Assembly: GCA_036172245.1 (NCBI GenBank)
Contig: JAYWIR010000011.1
Location: 2,356,001-2,420,000 of the forward strand
Direction of reading: 5' to 3'
Length of the DNA stretch: 64,000 nucleotides
DNA from: Raillietiella orientalis
Lineage: Eukaryota
Shown here: one piece after another, positions 1 through 13,499 of the stretch
Layout of the letters: every line of letters starts with the position of its first letter
How positions within the stretch are numbered: the first letter of the stretch is position 1
Notes under the pieces: model-generated
What the model was told of the DNA's origin: nothing
What the model saw: only the letters and a program-made list of their open reading frames with translations
The model's database searches: none
Program-made: the position numbers and the translations under genes

Positions 1-45
1 GTGCACGGACGGCAAATCGCGGGTTTCCAGGGCCGAGGCGCACGG

Positions 46-111
46 GCGCGCTGGAAAGGGTGGGCGAAAAGGGAGCGCGCTGGAAAGGGTGGACGGAAAG
101 GGGGGCGCGCT
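46..111. repeat. Tandem duplication, ~29-30 bp unit, about 2.2 copies
   Basis: GCGCGCTGGAAAGGGTGGrCGrAAAGGG repeated. Confidence 0.75.
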
Positions 112-1938
112 TCTCCTCCCATGGAGCGCAGAGCAGGACGGGCGCGCGAGAAAAAAAAAGAATCCAGCGTGGCAAAGGCTAGCAGTTGCGCTGCGATGGG
201 CAGGAATTACCCGGAAGAACCACGTGGACCGCAGGTGACAACCACGTGAATCGGCGGTCTCTGGTTCATCCTCACCCAAAGTCCTGAAAAGATACCCCTC
301 ACCGGTTTCTCCACTATCTGGAAAGCATTCGAGGAAGATTCCCCAAAAAGGATTTCGTGACCGTCACCGTTCTAACGGAGGTGCCGCGTTGCGCTGATAG
401 AACTTTTCCTGGTGGGACCAATTTTGCAATGTCCACGCTGAAGTGGGCACTGGAGATCGACGGAGGAAGGATCCCCATTCCTCCCGAGTGTGAAGGGAAA
501 AAAAAAAAAAAAAAAACGCCCTTCTTGCTAAAGAAAACAAATTATTTCCGAGCTCATTCGAAATTCTCAAAATTCCAAACTCGAAATGCCCCTCAGAAAC
601 AGCGACGACCGAGGGACAGTCGAAGCGCGTTATTTACCTCTGAGCAGCTTCCATTTGTCTTTCTCGGTTCCAAAGTTCACATGAAAAGGCACCGAAGGAA
701 ACGAAGAGGATCTAACAAGCGTTGATGTCATTCTTGTATGCTATTCTAACAGTCTGTCTTTGAATTTCATGAATCCTCGATCCGTTTCAAAGGTGAACGT
801 GCATCCGTTCTCGCAGGAAGAAACAGGAAGTACCATGAGCTCGCACTCTATCGGCTTGCCATACATCTCCCTGAGCAAACCTCAGAAGCAGAACTTACTC
901 TATTTCAGCCTACAATTCCTACAATTTCGTGTTTGTGAACATCAGCTCTGTCCAACGAAAGCCTCATCTCTTTCCTTAGGGGCTCAGTAGCGAAAGGACC
1001 TCAGAGAGCCAGTTGTAGCTTTTTTATGAGGCAGTGTCTCTGCCGAGAATGAAATAAACCCATCGGGATGTTCATCCAACATCCGCGCCGCAAATACTTG
1101 ACCGTGAAATTACATAAAGAATTTAATACATTTGTTCCCGTGGTTTTCTGCACAACTTGTTGAGTGATTTTGAAGAAACAGATACGCGAAATAACTTGCA
1201 ACATGTATTTAGCAAGGTTGGGCACTGGGCGGACTTGACTTTCCTCCAAAGCGTATGGAGTTTGCTGCCTCCACTGCATCTGTCTTCAAAGACTGGAAGG
1301 CGGCAAGTCACTGGCTTGTCTCGGAAACTTCTCCACTGTTTTTTCTTCCTCCTACTTTGAGACAGGAACGCTTTACTAAAACTGCATTTTCAAAACTGAA
1401 TAAGAATCGCAGAACATGAGTTTTCGCTATTGCCGATTCGTTTTAGTCGGCAGTTCACGAAATGGGACGGATTGTCTTCATCGTGAACCAACCCGTCACC
1501 GTATCTTGTTCACTTTTTCTGGAAAAGTGCGAAAAGATTCGATGTGCACGCACAAAGAAGAAAGAAGGGCTCTCGGTAGTTTTCTCGGAAAAAAGCAGCA
1601 TTAGACGGTTGCATCTACTTGTAAGAATAATCCAGAAATGAAATCTGCGCAATTTATAGGAAAAAAAAAAATGCTTGTAACAGACGATGCCGAGAACACC
1701 ACCCAGTCAGACCACAGAACATATTCGTGTACCTCATGACGAACGAATTCCCTGAGCCTCAAGTCCAGAAGATGGTTCCAGACCTTGAAAATAGATGCGT
1801 CCAAAGGACGGAAAGCAAATATATCCCGTTACTCGAAGTTACAAAGCTTGTAGACGCAAAGCAACTAAGATTACTTCCTCACTAGACATCGTTTCCAAAT
1901 GCAAAGCCTAAAATGAGAGAGCAGCAAAGATAACTTCA

Positions 1939-1978
1939 TCTTTAGTAATGATGACGATAACTTCATCATTACTAAAGA
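1939..1978. repeat. Perfect 16-bp inverted repeat, 8-nt loop, overlapping a direct repeat
   Basis: TCTTTAGTAATGATGA-cgataact-TCATCATTACTAAAGA; GATAACTTCATC occurs twice, 27 bp apart. Confidence 0.85.
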
Positions 1979-4046
1979 AAGACGACAGCGCCTTTTAAAA
2001 AATGCGACATTCGTTTTTGCATTTTGTTTCTGTGCTCGATATTTGTCATGCCATCTGCCGGCAATGAAAATGCTGGGAATCATGAGATAGTTGACAAAGC
2101 CGCATGAATGACGGAACTGCAGTTTAAAGCTCCGTACGAGGTTTGCACATGAAGCACTGAAGAGTTTTGAAGCAAGTTTTGTTCTGCAATCCTGAATTCA
2201 TGTGATTTTGCTTCCTCTTCTCCTTCTTTTTTCGCTTTTCCGGATATGAAACTGCCGGATGCGAGTGAAAAGTCTGAAGTGCATTCGGCAAGAAAAAATG
2301 TTCGCACTTTTCTAACTTCAGCTGCGAAAAGACGTTTTACGCAGACGACGTCGCGCGGACGCGATGAGCGACTGGCACCACCCGGTTGACGCCGGATGCG
2401 CGTCACTCCGCATCGAGCCAACCAGCCCGCGTCTGCAGGTGACGCCACCCGTGACAAAGATCGCGCCATGCTGGCGGATGTCATCGGATCCGCGCGCATC
2501 TATGGAGCGCACCCTGGACTTCGCCGAAAAGTAAATTTTGTTACTCTTGCAATTTAGCACCAATTCCCGTGCCCCTTCACCGTTTCAAAGGCCACTTAAG
2601 CGTCCTCCTCCAGGAATGCTTCCCCGCGCACGCACACCGTCCGAGTGGAGAGCACTTTGGCATGAATGCACGTGAAGCGGAATGGATGGGCCGCAGCTGT
2701 CCCCACCCCCCGGATGGCGGCGACGCACCACGCACCGGGAGTCTTTCGACTCGTTCCCGCACCTTCCGAGCCTGGTCGAATTACGACTTGGGGGCACCCA
2801 GTCGTAATTCGGCTGCAGAGTTTTCGGCTTCCTCGTCTTCGAGTCGGAACCGGCCTTTTTGCCACTCGATGCTTTGCCGGGTGCTGCCAAGAGGGAAAGA
2901 AGGGCGTGCCCAGCACCAGCACCCCTTCACCATCACTCTTGGATGATTGCGCAGCACCTATTCCAAAATGGCCGAGGAGCTGTTCTGAACGCAGAATTGT
3001 TTCCATTTCAGTTTTTTGAGGGTTTTTCGAACAGACAGGTCTTGGGTTCACATCCACTCGCTCAAGGCAGTCCTACGGATGATTAAGTTGAAGTGGCGAA
3101 CCGAGCAATCTCGTTTTTTCTTTCTTTCCTTTTTTATTTTCATTGAATGGTAAGGCCACTCTAGAATCCCAAGACTCCTGCATTATAAGCAAATGGCGTT
3201 TTGGTATTTCACATCATGCTGGGGTGAGTGCGTACCTGTTTTTGTGGTACGCAAGAATTGGTGGAAGTCTTGAAATGGTATCAATTTATCTTATAAGAGA
3301 AAGTGTATCCAATCCATTTTTTTTTGCATATTCATTAAAAAGCTGCTGTTAAAAAATGCAATGTGCGAGAACTGTCAAAAATGATTTGCAAGGTGCTTCC
3401 AAAAATAAGGAAAATTCATGTTTCAAGACAAAATGTGTTTTTCTGTGGATGTAGAAATAATTTTCAAGGCTCTTTCTGGCTAGATGTATTCTTTGCACTT
3501 TTGAAACACGGTAAGACATGCGTTTCAAATTACTTCTAAGGATGGTCCCTAGACTTTTTTCAAATTTCCTGTTCAGGACCTCATGATAGTGACAATACAT
3601 ACAGAAAGAAAGTAATTTTATGGTGTGACTTTTCTGCTACATTGGTTGGCATTTGCTTTATAGTGCCCCAGTTGACTGGGTTCCCACACCCTGTGATGCA
3701 AATTTCATTTTCCTGTTGCAAACACTTCTCTCACTGATGTGTGATTTCAAAAGCATGAAAGCATGTGTAAAATACAAGACAGCCTGAATATGATGATTTC
3801 TTTCTGAGCAAAATAGCAACTAGTTTCAGATTACAATTCACTAGTTTCAGGATATATATTTATTTCATATTTGAAAATGTAATTTGTTAAATTAAAAACG
3901 TGAAGTGCACCAATCATTCACATAAGTATGGAAAATTATGTGCAATCTCGAAAGAAAAAAAAAAAAAAACAGCATGCAAGATGGGACTATGATCACCAGA
4001 CTCATTCCTTTAATCCAATGTTCTTTTAGTTACTCCTATTTTATAG

Positions 4047-7000
4047 TGTGAAATGCACACAGATGCAAAGCCCCTCAGGCTTTCAAACTCCCAAACCGTC
4101 TTGTCCAAGGAAGAAATATTTGCCACGAATTGTTTTGAATTGCTACAATCTTTCTGGTTGAATTCAAGATACTCCACCTCGTCTTTCAAGGACGTTCATG
4201 TAATTCATTCTGTCAGGAACGAATTGGCCGTTAGGAATGAACTCAGCAAAAATCGCCTAATTTGAAATGAAAACATATCAATCAATAGGGAATTAAAACA
4301 CATTCATCCCCCCCCCCTTCCTGCAGTATGTTGATATTCTGAAAGATTCTGAGGGGCAGGACGAGTTCTGCATTCAGCAAAAATCGAAAACACCAATAGG
4401 TCGAACCTTTTCTTAAAGAGTCGGCTTCCCATGTTGTTCTGCCTTTTTCCTCCGATTTCGGAGCGCTGCTGCTCGTGTCCTGGACTCAGGGATGCACAGG
4501 GATGCAGTGCAGATTTTTTTCTCGAGGCATTTCCCAGGGCAGCACCCGTGCTCTTAGATTGAACATTTGAGTTTTGTGTGCAACCAGACAGCTTTCCTTT
4601 CAGCGCAAAGGTGGCATCCACAGTTTCCCAGCACGTTAGGATGGAAGGTCTTCCCTTCCCTTCTACGGATGCATTCAGAAGAATGGTCCTTGGATCAGAA
4701 CCACTTTCTACGACAGTGGTAGCTCGACTGGTTTTTCTTTCCTTCTCTCCCCTTTTCATCACGTATTCACTCGTTTCGTTTCAATGCAAGCCAAAATATT
4801 GTTTTATTATTCTGCTAACTACTTCATAGTATGAGCCACAGGTTGATGCTGGCTGATGAGCAGCACAGATCAACAACGAAAACGAAATTTGCTTTTTCTT
4901 TTGTTTTTTTTAAAGATAGTACATATGTTAAGCAGCGATTCCTATGTCTGAGCTAATGAATGTCTGCTTTCTAGAATGATTCAGTGTGACAGAGCATAGA
5001 AATAGGAAGCATGAACGTTAGAGGGTACTGGGAGGAAACTGCAAGTGTGGTCCAGATTCGAATAACTTGCTTTTCAGTGTGCCGAAGCAAGTTTTTGCAA
5101 CCTTGAGTTTGTTCTTTGAATTGGATGTGAAGAGCTTTAACAAAATCGAATTCCTGCCCCCCCCCTCCCCCATCCTGGAACAGTTTGTTTTTGCTAACAG
5201 ATTTCATCCTGATACCTGTAGGAAACTTTATGCATCCAGGTGTTGATTTCTGGCTTTGTTTCTGACTCTTGTTACCTGAGAAGGTGTCTTCTAGATCACT
5301 GTTGCATAACGGTGCTGTGTTCGTCTCCTTTTATCACCAACCCTGGACTTATCTAAGCATCCACCCACACTCTGCAACGTTTCGATTGCGCTCAAGCCTT
5401 CTAATAATAAGGACGCATTTAACAGATCCCAAGTAGGCAATATCAGTACCGTCACTGATTGGGAGGGAAGCTGCGGTAACGAAGTGTATTCTGTAGAGAT
5501 GACCGAACACTGATGCCCAATGAAGAGTTAACGTGTGACCGCAAGAGATTCTTTCCGGTATTGCTTTGAGACCAGTCGAAGAAATGGTTCAGAAGCTGGG
5601 CTCTCGTCCGATCTCGTCCCGTGCTCTTGAGACATTCTCTTCCGACGTTGCCATGGCGCGGCAACTACTGCTGCACCTTTGCAACCGGATCCTGACCCGG
5701 AGCGCGTCCGCATACCGGGTCAGGATCCGTTTCCGAGGAAACGGGATCCATTTTGAGTCATTTCTGATCGATGGCTTTTATGGGCAGTTGTTTTCATTTC
5801 TTCAAGTTTTTCTTTGTTTTTGTTTAAAAAGATAGCTTTTAGTATCCAAATAGTAGCACGTTTGGCAGCCAAAGCAAAAAAAAAAAAAAACGCATTGTAC
5901 ATGTATTTGTTCAATTGCTATAACTGCAAGTATAAAAAGGAGCCTGATCCTTATACCGGTATGTTGTTCCAGATACATAGAAGAGCATCGCCAGAAATAC
6001 AAGAGATGGGCTCAATCTGAAATCAAGAGAAAATATAGGCGGAAAGCAGTTTTAGACAAGATAAATAAGCTTTCTCAGAATTGTGGCAAAGCAGAGCCAT
6101 GTTACGAAAACGTGTTTACGAACGAGGTATGTCCCTGCCAGGGTGACAGCATTCAAGATGTCCATTCCAGTTTTGTTTGCTTCAACCTTGTTCACTTCAA
6201 AAGTGTTTGTTCACTCCATTCCGAGTGAAGTCAATGATCTCGCTTTGGAGCTTTGATTATTTTCAAACAAGTCACATGTTGTACCCAGAGCATTTCGATT
6301 ATACAATTATAAATACCGGTCCTTGCGAATGGAAAGTCTCTCGTTCAAAAGACATGAAATCAAGGCGGGTTCTGCATTTAGAAATTTCTCAGGGAGCATT
6401 CCAGTTGGATCCAATTTTCTATGATTACGTGTGCGTGGCGCGTTGATTTCTTGACTTGATAAAAGGAGTGTGATCCAATAGGTTCTCCTCTTATTCTCTA
6501 CTGTAACCACGATGGTCCAGTTTGTCCAGGGCAGCCATTATTTTGAAAAGTGCAGTGTGTTTGGATATGTTTGTGTTTCCAAGTCGCTTCTGTGTTTTAA
6601 TCAAGAGCTGTGCAAAAATTAGGTGGAGGAGCCAAGTTCTTACACATGTGTTCACCAGGAAGATATCCCGAGCCACGTACCGGACGGAAGTTGCAACCAG
6701 GCGCCTTCATTACCTGACGATGCAGCCGACCACCACCACCATTCTGTGCAGATTTCTGCAGCCTTTGAACAGCATCAGAAAGATTTCGAGAATTCGCTAA
6801 AAGCAGTGTTTCTGGATTCTCTGAGTAATTTGAAAGCATTTAAGAAAAAACTCCTTTCATTCGTTGAGGAAAACGTTCAGTACTCTAAAAGCTCCAACAC
6901 GGTTGATGATCATGATGGAGTGAAGTCTTGTTTGAAACCATGCCCTGAAAACTCGCACCCTGTCCGTCTTGGTGACCACCAAATAGAGTCTCCCGGTGAG

Positions 7001-7057
7001 TGCGAAAACCTCAAACCCGGATTGCGTGACCCTGCGTGCACTCCGGATGCACTCTGA
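4047..7057 (+). CDS. Candidate multi-exon gene of unknown function (incomplete model)
   Basis: Exon-like segments with AG/GT borders: 4047-4199, 4327-4399, 5973-6126 (YIEEHRQKYKRWAQSEIKRKYRRKAVLDKINK) and 6623-7057 (AAFEQHQKDFENSLKAVFLDSLSNLKAFKKKLLSFVEENV). Pairs join in phase, but the full chain could not be closed. Confidence 0.3.
5686..5749. repeat. Two overlapping inverted repeats
   Basis: CGGATCCTGACCCGG (5686-5700) / CCGGGTCAGGATCCG (5715-5729); GGATCCGTTTCC (5723-5734) / GGAAACGGGATCC (5737-5749). Confidence 0.8.
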
Positions 7058-7410
7058 CTCGTTCCCTTTCCCATGACGTCTAAAACCAGACATAATCTGA
7101 AATTATTATTATTTTTTCGTTCTGGATATTTTTGGATCACAATGAGGATTCTTCGCGATGACGTTGTTTCAGTTGCGCAGGGAGTTGCCATGCGCAAAAC
7201 ATCCACATGCTGGCGGTTCCATAATTGGCCGTGAAGTTGAATTTTCAAAATCTATAAATGCGTTCAGTCCCCTCCCCCTTCTGCCATCTGCCATCTTGTC
7301 ATTTCTTCGAAGGAGTAGGGAATAAAAAGATCAAAAAAAAAAGAAAAGAAAAAGGCATGCGAAGCCATGCAGAGAGCTCTCGTCGTCTTTTTCCAAAGAG
7401 GAGACTCAGT

Positions 7411-7444
7411 GGTTTGGTACGGTCCCAACTGACCGTACCAAACC
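7411..7444. repeat. Perfect 14-bp inverted repeat, 6-nt loop
   Basis: GGTTTGGTACGGTC-ccaact-GACCGTACCAAACC. Confidence 0.85.
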
Positions 7445-10400
7445 TTGAACATGGCGCAAGGTGGGAAAGGGGGTAAGCGGACGAGCAGGAAAGGGTGGGT
7501 GCCGTCCCGTGTCCCTTCTTTTCGATTGCTCCAAAGCTCTCCCGGGAAAGGTACCCGATCGGCGTTTCCCCTACGCGTACTGGAAACACCAGGGATAACG
7601 CACGGTCAAGCAAACCGCTGCCTCCCTGATGTGCTCCGCCCCATCGTTCCTCGGATCCCAAGAGACCGTGGGTCCTGCCGGGATTGCTCCTGACGGTTGT
7701 CACTCGGCACTCACTCCCCTGGAGGGGAGGCCAGCCCGCGACCATGCCTGGTCTCCTGTCCTAACTCTTGCAGAGCCGCCGGCGCGAAGGGCAAGCGATG
7801 TCCAGCACGACCACCGTCTCCCCTTAGCCCCGGAGCACTCGCTCGATCTGTCCTTGGCCTCGACTCCGACCTATTCTACTTGACAACGCCGACAACAACG
7901 ACTGCGCTCTGGTTGTCCACCAAACAGATGAACTAAACAACGTCTGGTGTTTCAGATTGTCCAGGGAAGAGAGGATACAAAAGTACGAGGTAAGAGATTT
8001 TCTCCCAGTTGTTTCCGAGGCGGATCTGCAGAGCCGCCATGTGTTGCGGGCCGGTCGAAGGATGCCAGTGCCTCTCTGTTTGCTCGTGACCTTCCTGCTG
8101 CATCAGTGGATGCAGAGTGCGTCTTCGTGCGGTAGTTGGTGCGGTCTCCAGCCCAGGACCAACAAAGGGAACGGCTGATCCGGTTGCACTTGGCTCCCCA
8201 TCAGTCAACGCGGTATCCCTCCGCCGGCCTCCTCTGCGGGAGACTTCGCTCCGCTACCTTTATTGCGGGCGGCGAAGCGCACGTGCCCAAGAGGCCAGCA
8301 GCCGAGAGGCACCTCTCCTCGTTCGGATCAGCTCCCCTCCTTCCCTGCTCGGCGCTTGTCGTTTCCTTCCTCTCAACAACCCGTAAGTCTGCCCCCACGT
8401 CCGGTGTCATGTGGTCTTTTCCCCTCCGAGCTGGCAAACGTCTGCTGGCACAAGGAGGGCACGCGTTCGTCCTCCAAGAGTGGTCGCTGCACCCAGCATG
8501 GAATTCAAGTACTTCGCGCAGCAGCCTTCTTCCTGTCTCCTCCTCGCCACGGTTCCGGTGTTCCACTGTGCCCCCTCCTTCCCGTCTGAACGAGTTGAAA
8601 GCGACGGAGAGGGTAACGGCCTGCTTCGAAGCCTGGGCTTCACCACACAGGAACTAGGGACCAATGGCTTCAGAGTAGGTGCACAAGCCGCCATCTCGTG
8701 TGCGAGTTCGCCTTTGCCCGCTGCGCGAGTATTTGGTTGCCGCGTGCTGGGAAGACCACTGCCGAGTGGTCGGGTTCGGCGTTTCGAGGTCGAAAGAGTC
8801 GCTCCCTTCCATCGTCCCGGGTTCGCGGCTGCAGAATTTGCGGATGGCGCGCCGCTCTTCGAAAAACCAACACACAGAAAACTGACGGCTCCGCGCCACC
8901 GAATCTGCCTCGTGGTTTTCCTTTCGTTTTAGTTACAAGATCAAATCCCTTATCAATGGAAGGAACTTCTATCCAGATCAGCCCGCCTCATCGGGATCGA
9001 AATGCTCCCAGAGGCCGCTGTGAAAGTTTCCATCTTTCTCCTTCCCTACTAGCATGGGATGCATTCGCTGACGGTACTTCCAGCGCACGCGAAACGGTGA
9101 TGGCCACAGATGAAGCACTTCCTCGAGTCTGCTCCGACCTGGACCGACAAGCAGAATTCATGTCACTTTGTAGGGTCCGCCACTTTCCTTGCGGCCCCGC
9201 GTTTTCGAGGCAGACACCGCGACAACGGAGGCACACAGTGGGGCGGCGAGGCGCCGCGCACAACTCTCCAGCCGAGCGTTCAAAGCTGCAAGTCCGAACA
9301 GTGCGCCGAAGACGTCTACAAGAATGCTTATTCCCTGCATGCAGTGAATCGTGCCTTTGGCCGTCAGGCATTCATCACGGTGTGTACAGTACTCGCATCG
9401 TCTAGTACACTGATTTATGGAGGTGGCTTCGATCGGCTTTCGTTTTGGCAAGCTGACTCGAACTCGATCACGTCCCCAGAAGCGCGGATTCTGAAAGCGT
9501 CCCCAAGGTGGAGTGTAGCTAAGGAATACGCGGCTGCGTTTTTGAATTTACCGTTTTCGATGGCCCTCCCATTCTTCAGCATCCGTGCCTCACTTATCTG
9601 TCAATCCTTTCTTCCAGCGGTGGAGCCAACAGCAGTTCCAGTGAGAGCATCTATCAAAAAATCCAGTACATCCTGCAGCCGTAAGCAGCCACTGAGGCAG
9701 TAAAAATCTCTCTCACCGAAAGCCAATGCGAAGCCACTGCTGTTCTTTGCTTCACGGATTCTGGACATGGCACCAATTCGGCGATCACGTGGCTGAACAA
9801 AGGGATAACCGCAGCACGGAACTTTGCACTGAAGCAATCCTTGGTATCGCAGAAATAAAATTTTTCACCGGGTTCGCATGCGAAAGCGATGATCCCGATG
9901 TGCAGACAGCCTGACGTTCCCGCGACTGCAGGGTCAACTTTGCAGCGAACAAGTGTTGCTGGTTCGGTGCGAATGTCTGTTGGCAGCCCTGCTCGGGATG
10001 TGGAGGTGATATCACGTGATCTGCGCTGCTCGGCAACACTCGCCCAGTCCGTTTCGGCGGAGGAATCGAGCCGTCGCAAGAGCACTAACCCGGGCAAGAA
10101 AAACGCCCCCAGCACATCCATTCGGGGGGGAGGCAGACTAACAGTCCACAGTCCATCACGGTTTTCCCTTTCTTTGTTGGGGGTTTTCAAGGGGTACTGA
10201 AGAACCGCTCGTCTCCTTAGGGGGAACTCACGAAGTTCTTGAACGGCGTCCACGCCGCCAGAGAGTGCGTGTGACTCTTCAAGCTATAGGGAATCATTCC
10301 GGAGGAAACACCCTATGAATCCAGGAAGGTTCCGGAGGAGGGAGTCTCCGTTCCTCTTACGCTTGGCAGGGGAATCCTGAAGGAGAACCTCCTCTTCCTT

Positions 10401-10718
10401 GTTCTTGCCGGAGGGACTCTCTGGAAGGATCCGCTCCTCCTCTGAAGAGAGGAGTGAAACCCGAAGGGACGCTTCCCGATTTCTCTGGAGGGTGCTCCTG
10501 GAACGATCTTCCACTATGCGATAGAGGGCTTCATCTTCACAACCGGAGGAGAACCCCGAAGGATCCCTGGAAGGACACCGGAAGGTTGACTTCCAATCGC
10601 GTGCAGTCAACGGAGGCATCCGGCATCCATCAGTGCCACCGCACCAGAATGGGCCAAGCAGCGTCGTCCTGAGAGGAAAGAACTCGGAAACATTCTCGGC
10701 CCGTTCTCGGGTAGTCGA

Positions 10719-10805
10719 CCCCCCCCTGGGCGGGATTCGAACCCGCGACACTGGTCGCCGCGCGCGGAGACCGCAGCAGCCGCACGGCCGCCGACGCGTG
10801 CCATT
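10719..10805 (-). mobile_element. tRNA-derived SINE head or tRNA pseudogene
   Basis: Minus strand has a perfect T-arm GCGGG-TTCGAAT-CCCGC (B-box) and an A-box-like TGGCACGCGTCGG about 50 nt upstream; no complete cloverleaf. Confidence 0.5.
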
Positions 10806-13499
10806 CAACTGCTGTCCCTCGTTTGCGTGCACAAGAGAACAGAAACCGAAGAATTTTTTGAAACATAGGATTTCCAGTGGAGATGTTTTCCCCTCCGCTT
10901 TGCCACTTGGAAACGCAGAAGCTCTCTTTGCAGGGCATCAAGTGCGCGTGGCAAGGCACCGCCCAGCATGAGGATCCCCCCAGCTGCATTCGCACGGAGT
11001 ACCTCAGTGCTGCGACTCTGCATAGACACTCGCAGAACAGATTGCTACGCACGAACGGAAGGAATGTTGCCTTGTGAAACTTGATGATCTCTGAACTACT
11101 TTGAGATGAAGGATCTTTCCTTTTGTGGTGGGGAGCTGTGAAAGCGTTGGCACTTGGTGTACAATTGTACAACATGAAACTGGCAAGTCGGCACGCAATC
11201 GACTCTGATGCGCTGAAAGTGCCCTGCCGTAATGGGTTCAGAAAACATCCGCACACAAACTGGGGATTTCATTCGTTTCAAACATTTCATTTCTTTCATG
11301 CTTTCTTCCTTAAGAAAAAATAGAAAGACCGTATTCCCAGAATAAGTGAAGGTTAAGGAAAGAAACACGAAACTGGAGCAGCTCCATGCTGCACGAAATA
11401 AAAAAGCATGCCGCTAGATTTTTCCAGCGTCCAATCCCCGCCGTTTAGAGCACGGCAGGCATCGGCCGCCCCCCCCCCTGCCTGGGCCTCTTGGCAGTTG
11501 GCGTTGCTCGTAGTGCACCGAGGAATCCCATGCAAGAGCACGCCTTCATCATTGGACACGGGGGAGTGTGGGTGGATGCTGGACGTGACCGCTGCGGCGA
11601 GGAAACCATCCGCAACTTCTGCTCGACTGTGCCCGCCCCCCGCCCCCTTTGGGATCGCCTCTCCACAACCCTACGAATCCCGGTTAGTGACCCCGTAACA
11701 TTTGCAAACGCCTCTTCGTGCGTGCCACAATGCTGCAGGCTGCGTCCCTTGCAGTGCTCTGCTGTGTTCGCAAGATCGTGGCGCGGCGCGGAAGGCCAGA
11801 ATGGAAGGGACGCCATCCACCGGGCGACAATCTCCCTGAAGACCGCCTCGAGATGGACCCACCTAGGTAACCTCAGGGCAGAACTTGTCAGCATCCTGTT
11901 CAGGATGCTGAGAACGTCTCCCAGAGAAGTATGATCCATTCCCCGGTTCCCTCTTCTCTCCAGTCAAACCGCGTTCCTCCCGTTTTTCTTTTTTGCTCCT
12001 TTCCTTTCCTTTTTTTTTTTTTTTTTTTATTATTATTCCTGAATAATAAATGTCCCAGCAAAACCGGGTGGAAGACCTGAGCCTCTTTGGGTTCGGACAC
12101 AGTTTGTGAAAAGGTGTTCCGATGAACTCGAACGAAGAGTGGCAGTTACTGGATGGACCTGTTGAGGAAGCGGAGAAGCGCCTGATTGATTCAGATGCGG
12201 TCATCTGCAGAGGTGATGGGTGCACTGCCTCCATCACATCTTGATTCCTCAAGGAAGAATCGTGAAGTCAAAATGTGACGACTGCTTGGCACTTCGGCGA
12301 CTGAAGCTCATTCAGTAGTAAACGAAGCAGCATGAAATAAGATTTAATTCGATTACAATCTCCCGGTCAGTTTCCATTCCGCCTATCGAGGAGATGAACG
12401 ATGAGAACCGAATGCTTCCACTGTCGCCGTAGCGCCTCTGCGTTCTCGGTTCCGCAAGCGTGTGAGGCCCTCAGGGAAAGCACTCAGTCCAAAGGAAAGC
12501 TGGTCAGAAACTTTCCACGAAACCATTTCCAAGATCTCCTCGTCCGCCTACGCTTGGGAGATGGACGGGCGCGCACACTCCTTTCATTAAAAGGAAGGCG
12601 CAGGGCAGGCAGCACACAAAAACGACCGGAGCTGCGTTTTGCAAACATTGCCCGAACTCACGCGCGCGCGCATCCCTTCCCCCGAATGGAGACGCAGAAT
12701 CTCTCAAGATTCTCTAAAGATTTCGCAAAGTCCGTGCTGCACCAACTCGGCGCCGCAGGGACTTTCGCGTTGCTCTACCTCGACCTGGCACCGGGCCACG
12801 CGTATGGCCAGCTAGGGCACAACAAAATGCCCGAAGCAAACCAGGAAACACGCACCTCTCGACCGGACCATTCTGCAGGAGCTCCCTCCAGCTGGCCGTC
12901 GTCAAGGGCTGGCAATCGCTCCCGTGGCGAGCAGCGTTCCTCCAGGAGCCCGGGCAGCAGCAAAAACGGGCTGGGCGGAAAGCGCGTTCCGTTGGGTCAG
13001 GGCCGGCCGCGGACTGCAGGCGGCATCCACCACTTTGCTGTGTTTTCAGGGTCCTCTCACCGTGTTAAGCGGCACACGCCATACTTTCCATTTGGCCAAG
13101 GAGGCGCTTCGGTCGATAAAGAACTGCGTACTTCGGGGCTCTTCAGCACGGTTTCCCGCGCGCGTGCGATGAACTGACAGCACGGAAGGGCCGTGCCCGA
13201 CTCTCAGAGCGGATGGTGCAAAGAAAAGCACCACTCGCAAGCGTACAAGGAGAGGCGGTTCGACGCTTCCTACCTCCAACACAGGAAGAACCAGCGATTC
13301 GTTGCCGTTGAAGAGTCACCCCCCTCCCTCCCCCCGTGGCTGCAGGAAACATCCAAGGATGAATAGCACAACACGCCTCGTGCCTGAGGAACACCACCTC
13401 CGACGGCTTCGGCTTTTCTGGGGCTTGGAAAATGCGGCGCACCGGAAACACCGTGGAAATGCAATGACCCCACCAACACTGCACTCGCTTTCTGATTCA

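Noticed and set aside
5959..5972. 14-nt gtatgttgttccag (and 18-nt at 5558-5575) as tiny introns
   Set aside because: Far below the shortest well-supported intron here (37-41 nt) and no homology to anchor them
7411..7460. Helitron 3' end or rho-independent terminator
   Set aside because: No CTRR terminus at the expected distance and no U-tract; eukaryotic sequence
10719..10805. Functional tRNA gene
   Set aside because: Only the T-arm is convincing; acceptor, D and anticodon stems and a poly-T terminator could not be built
8698..13177. ORFs 9110-9703, 9654-10253, 12401-13177 and a death-domain-like peptide (QWKELLSRSARLIG, ~8932-9025)
   Set aside because: No consistent exon chain or diagnostic motif; resemblance too weak
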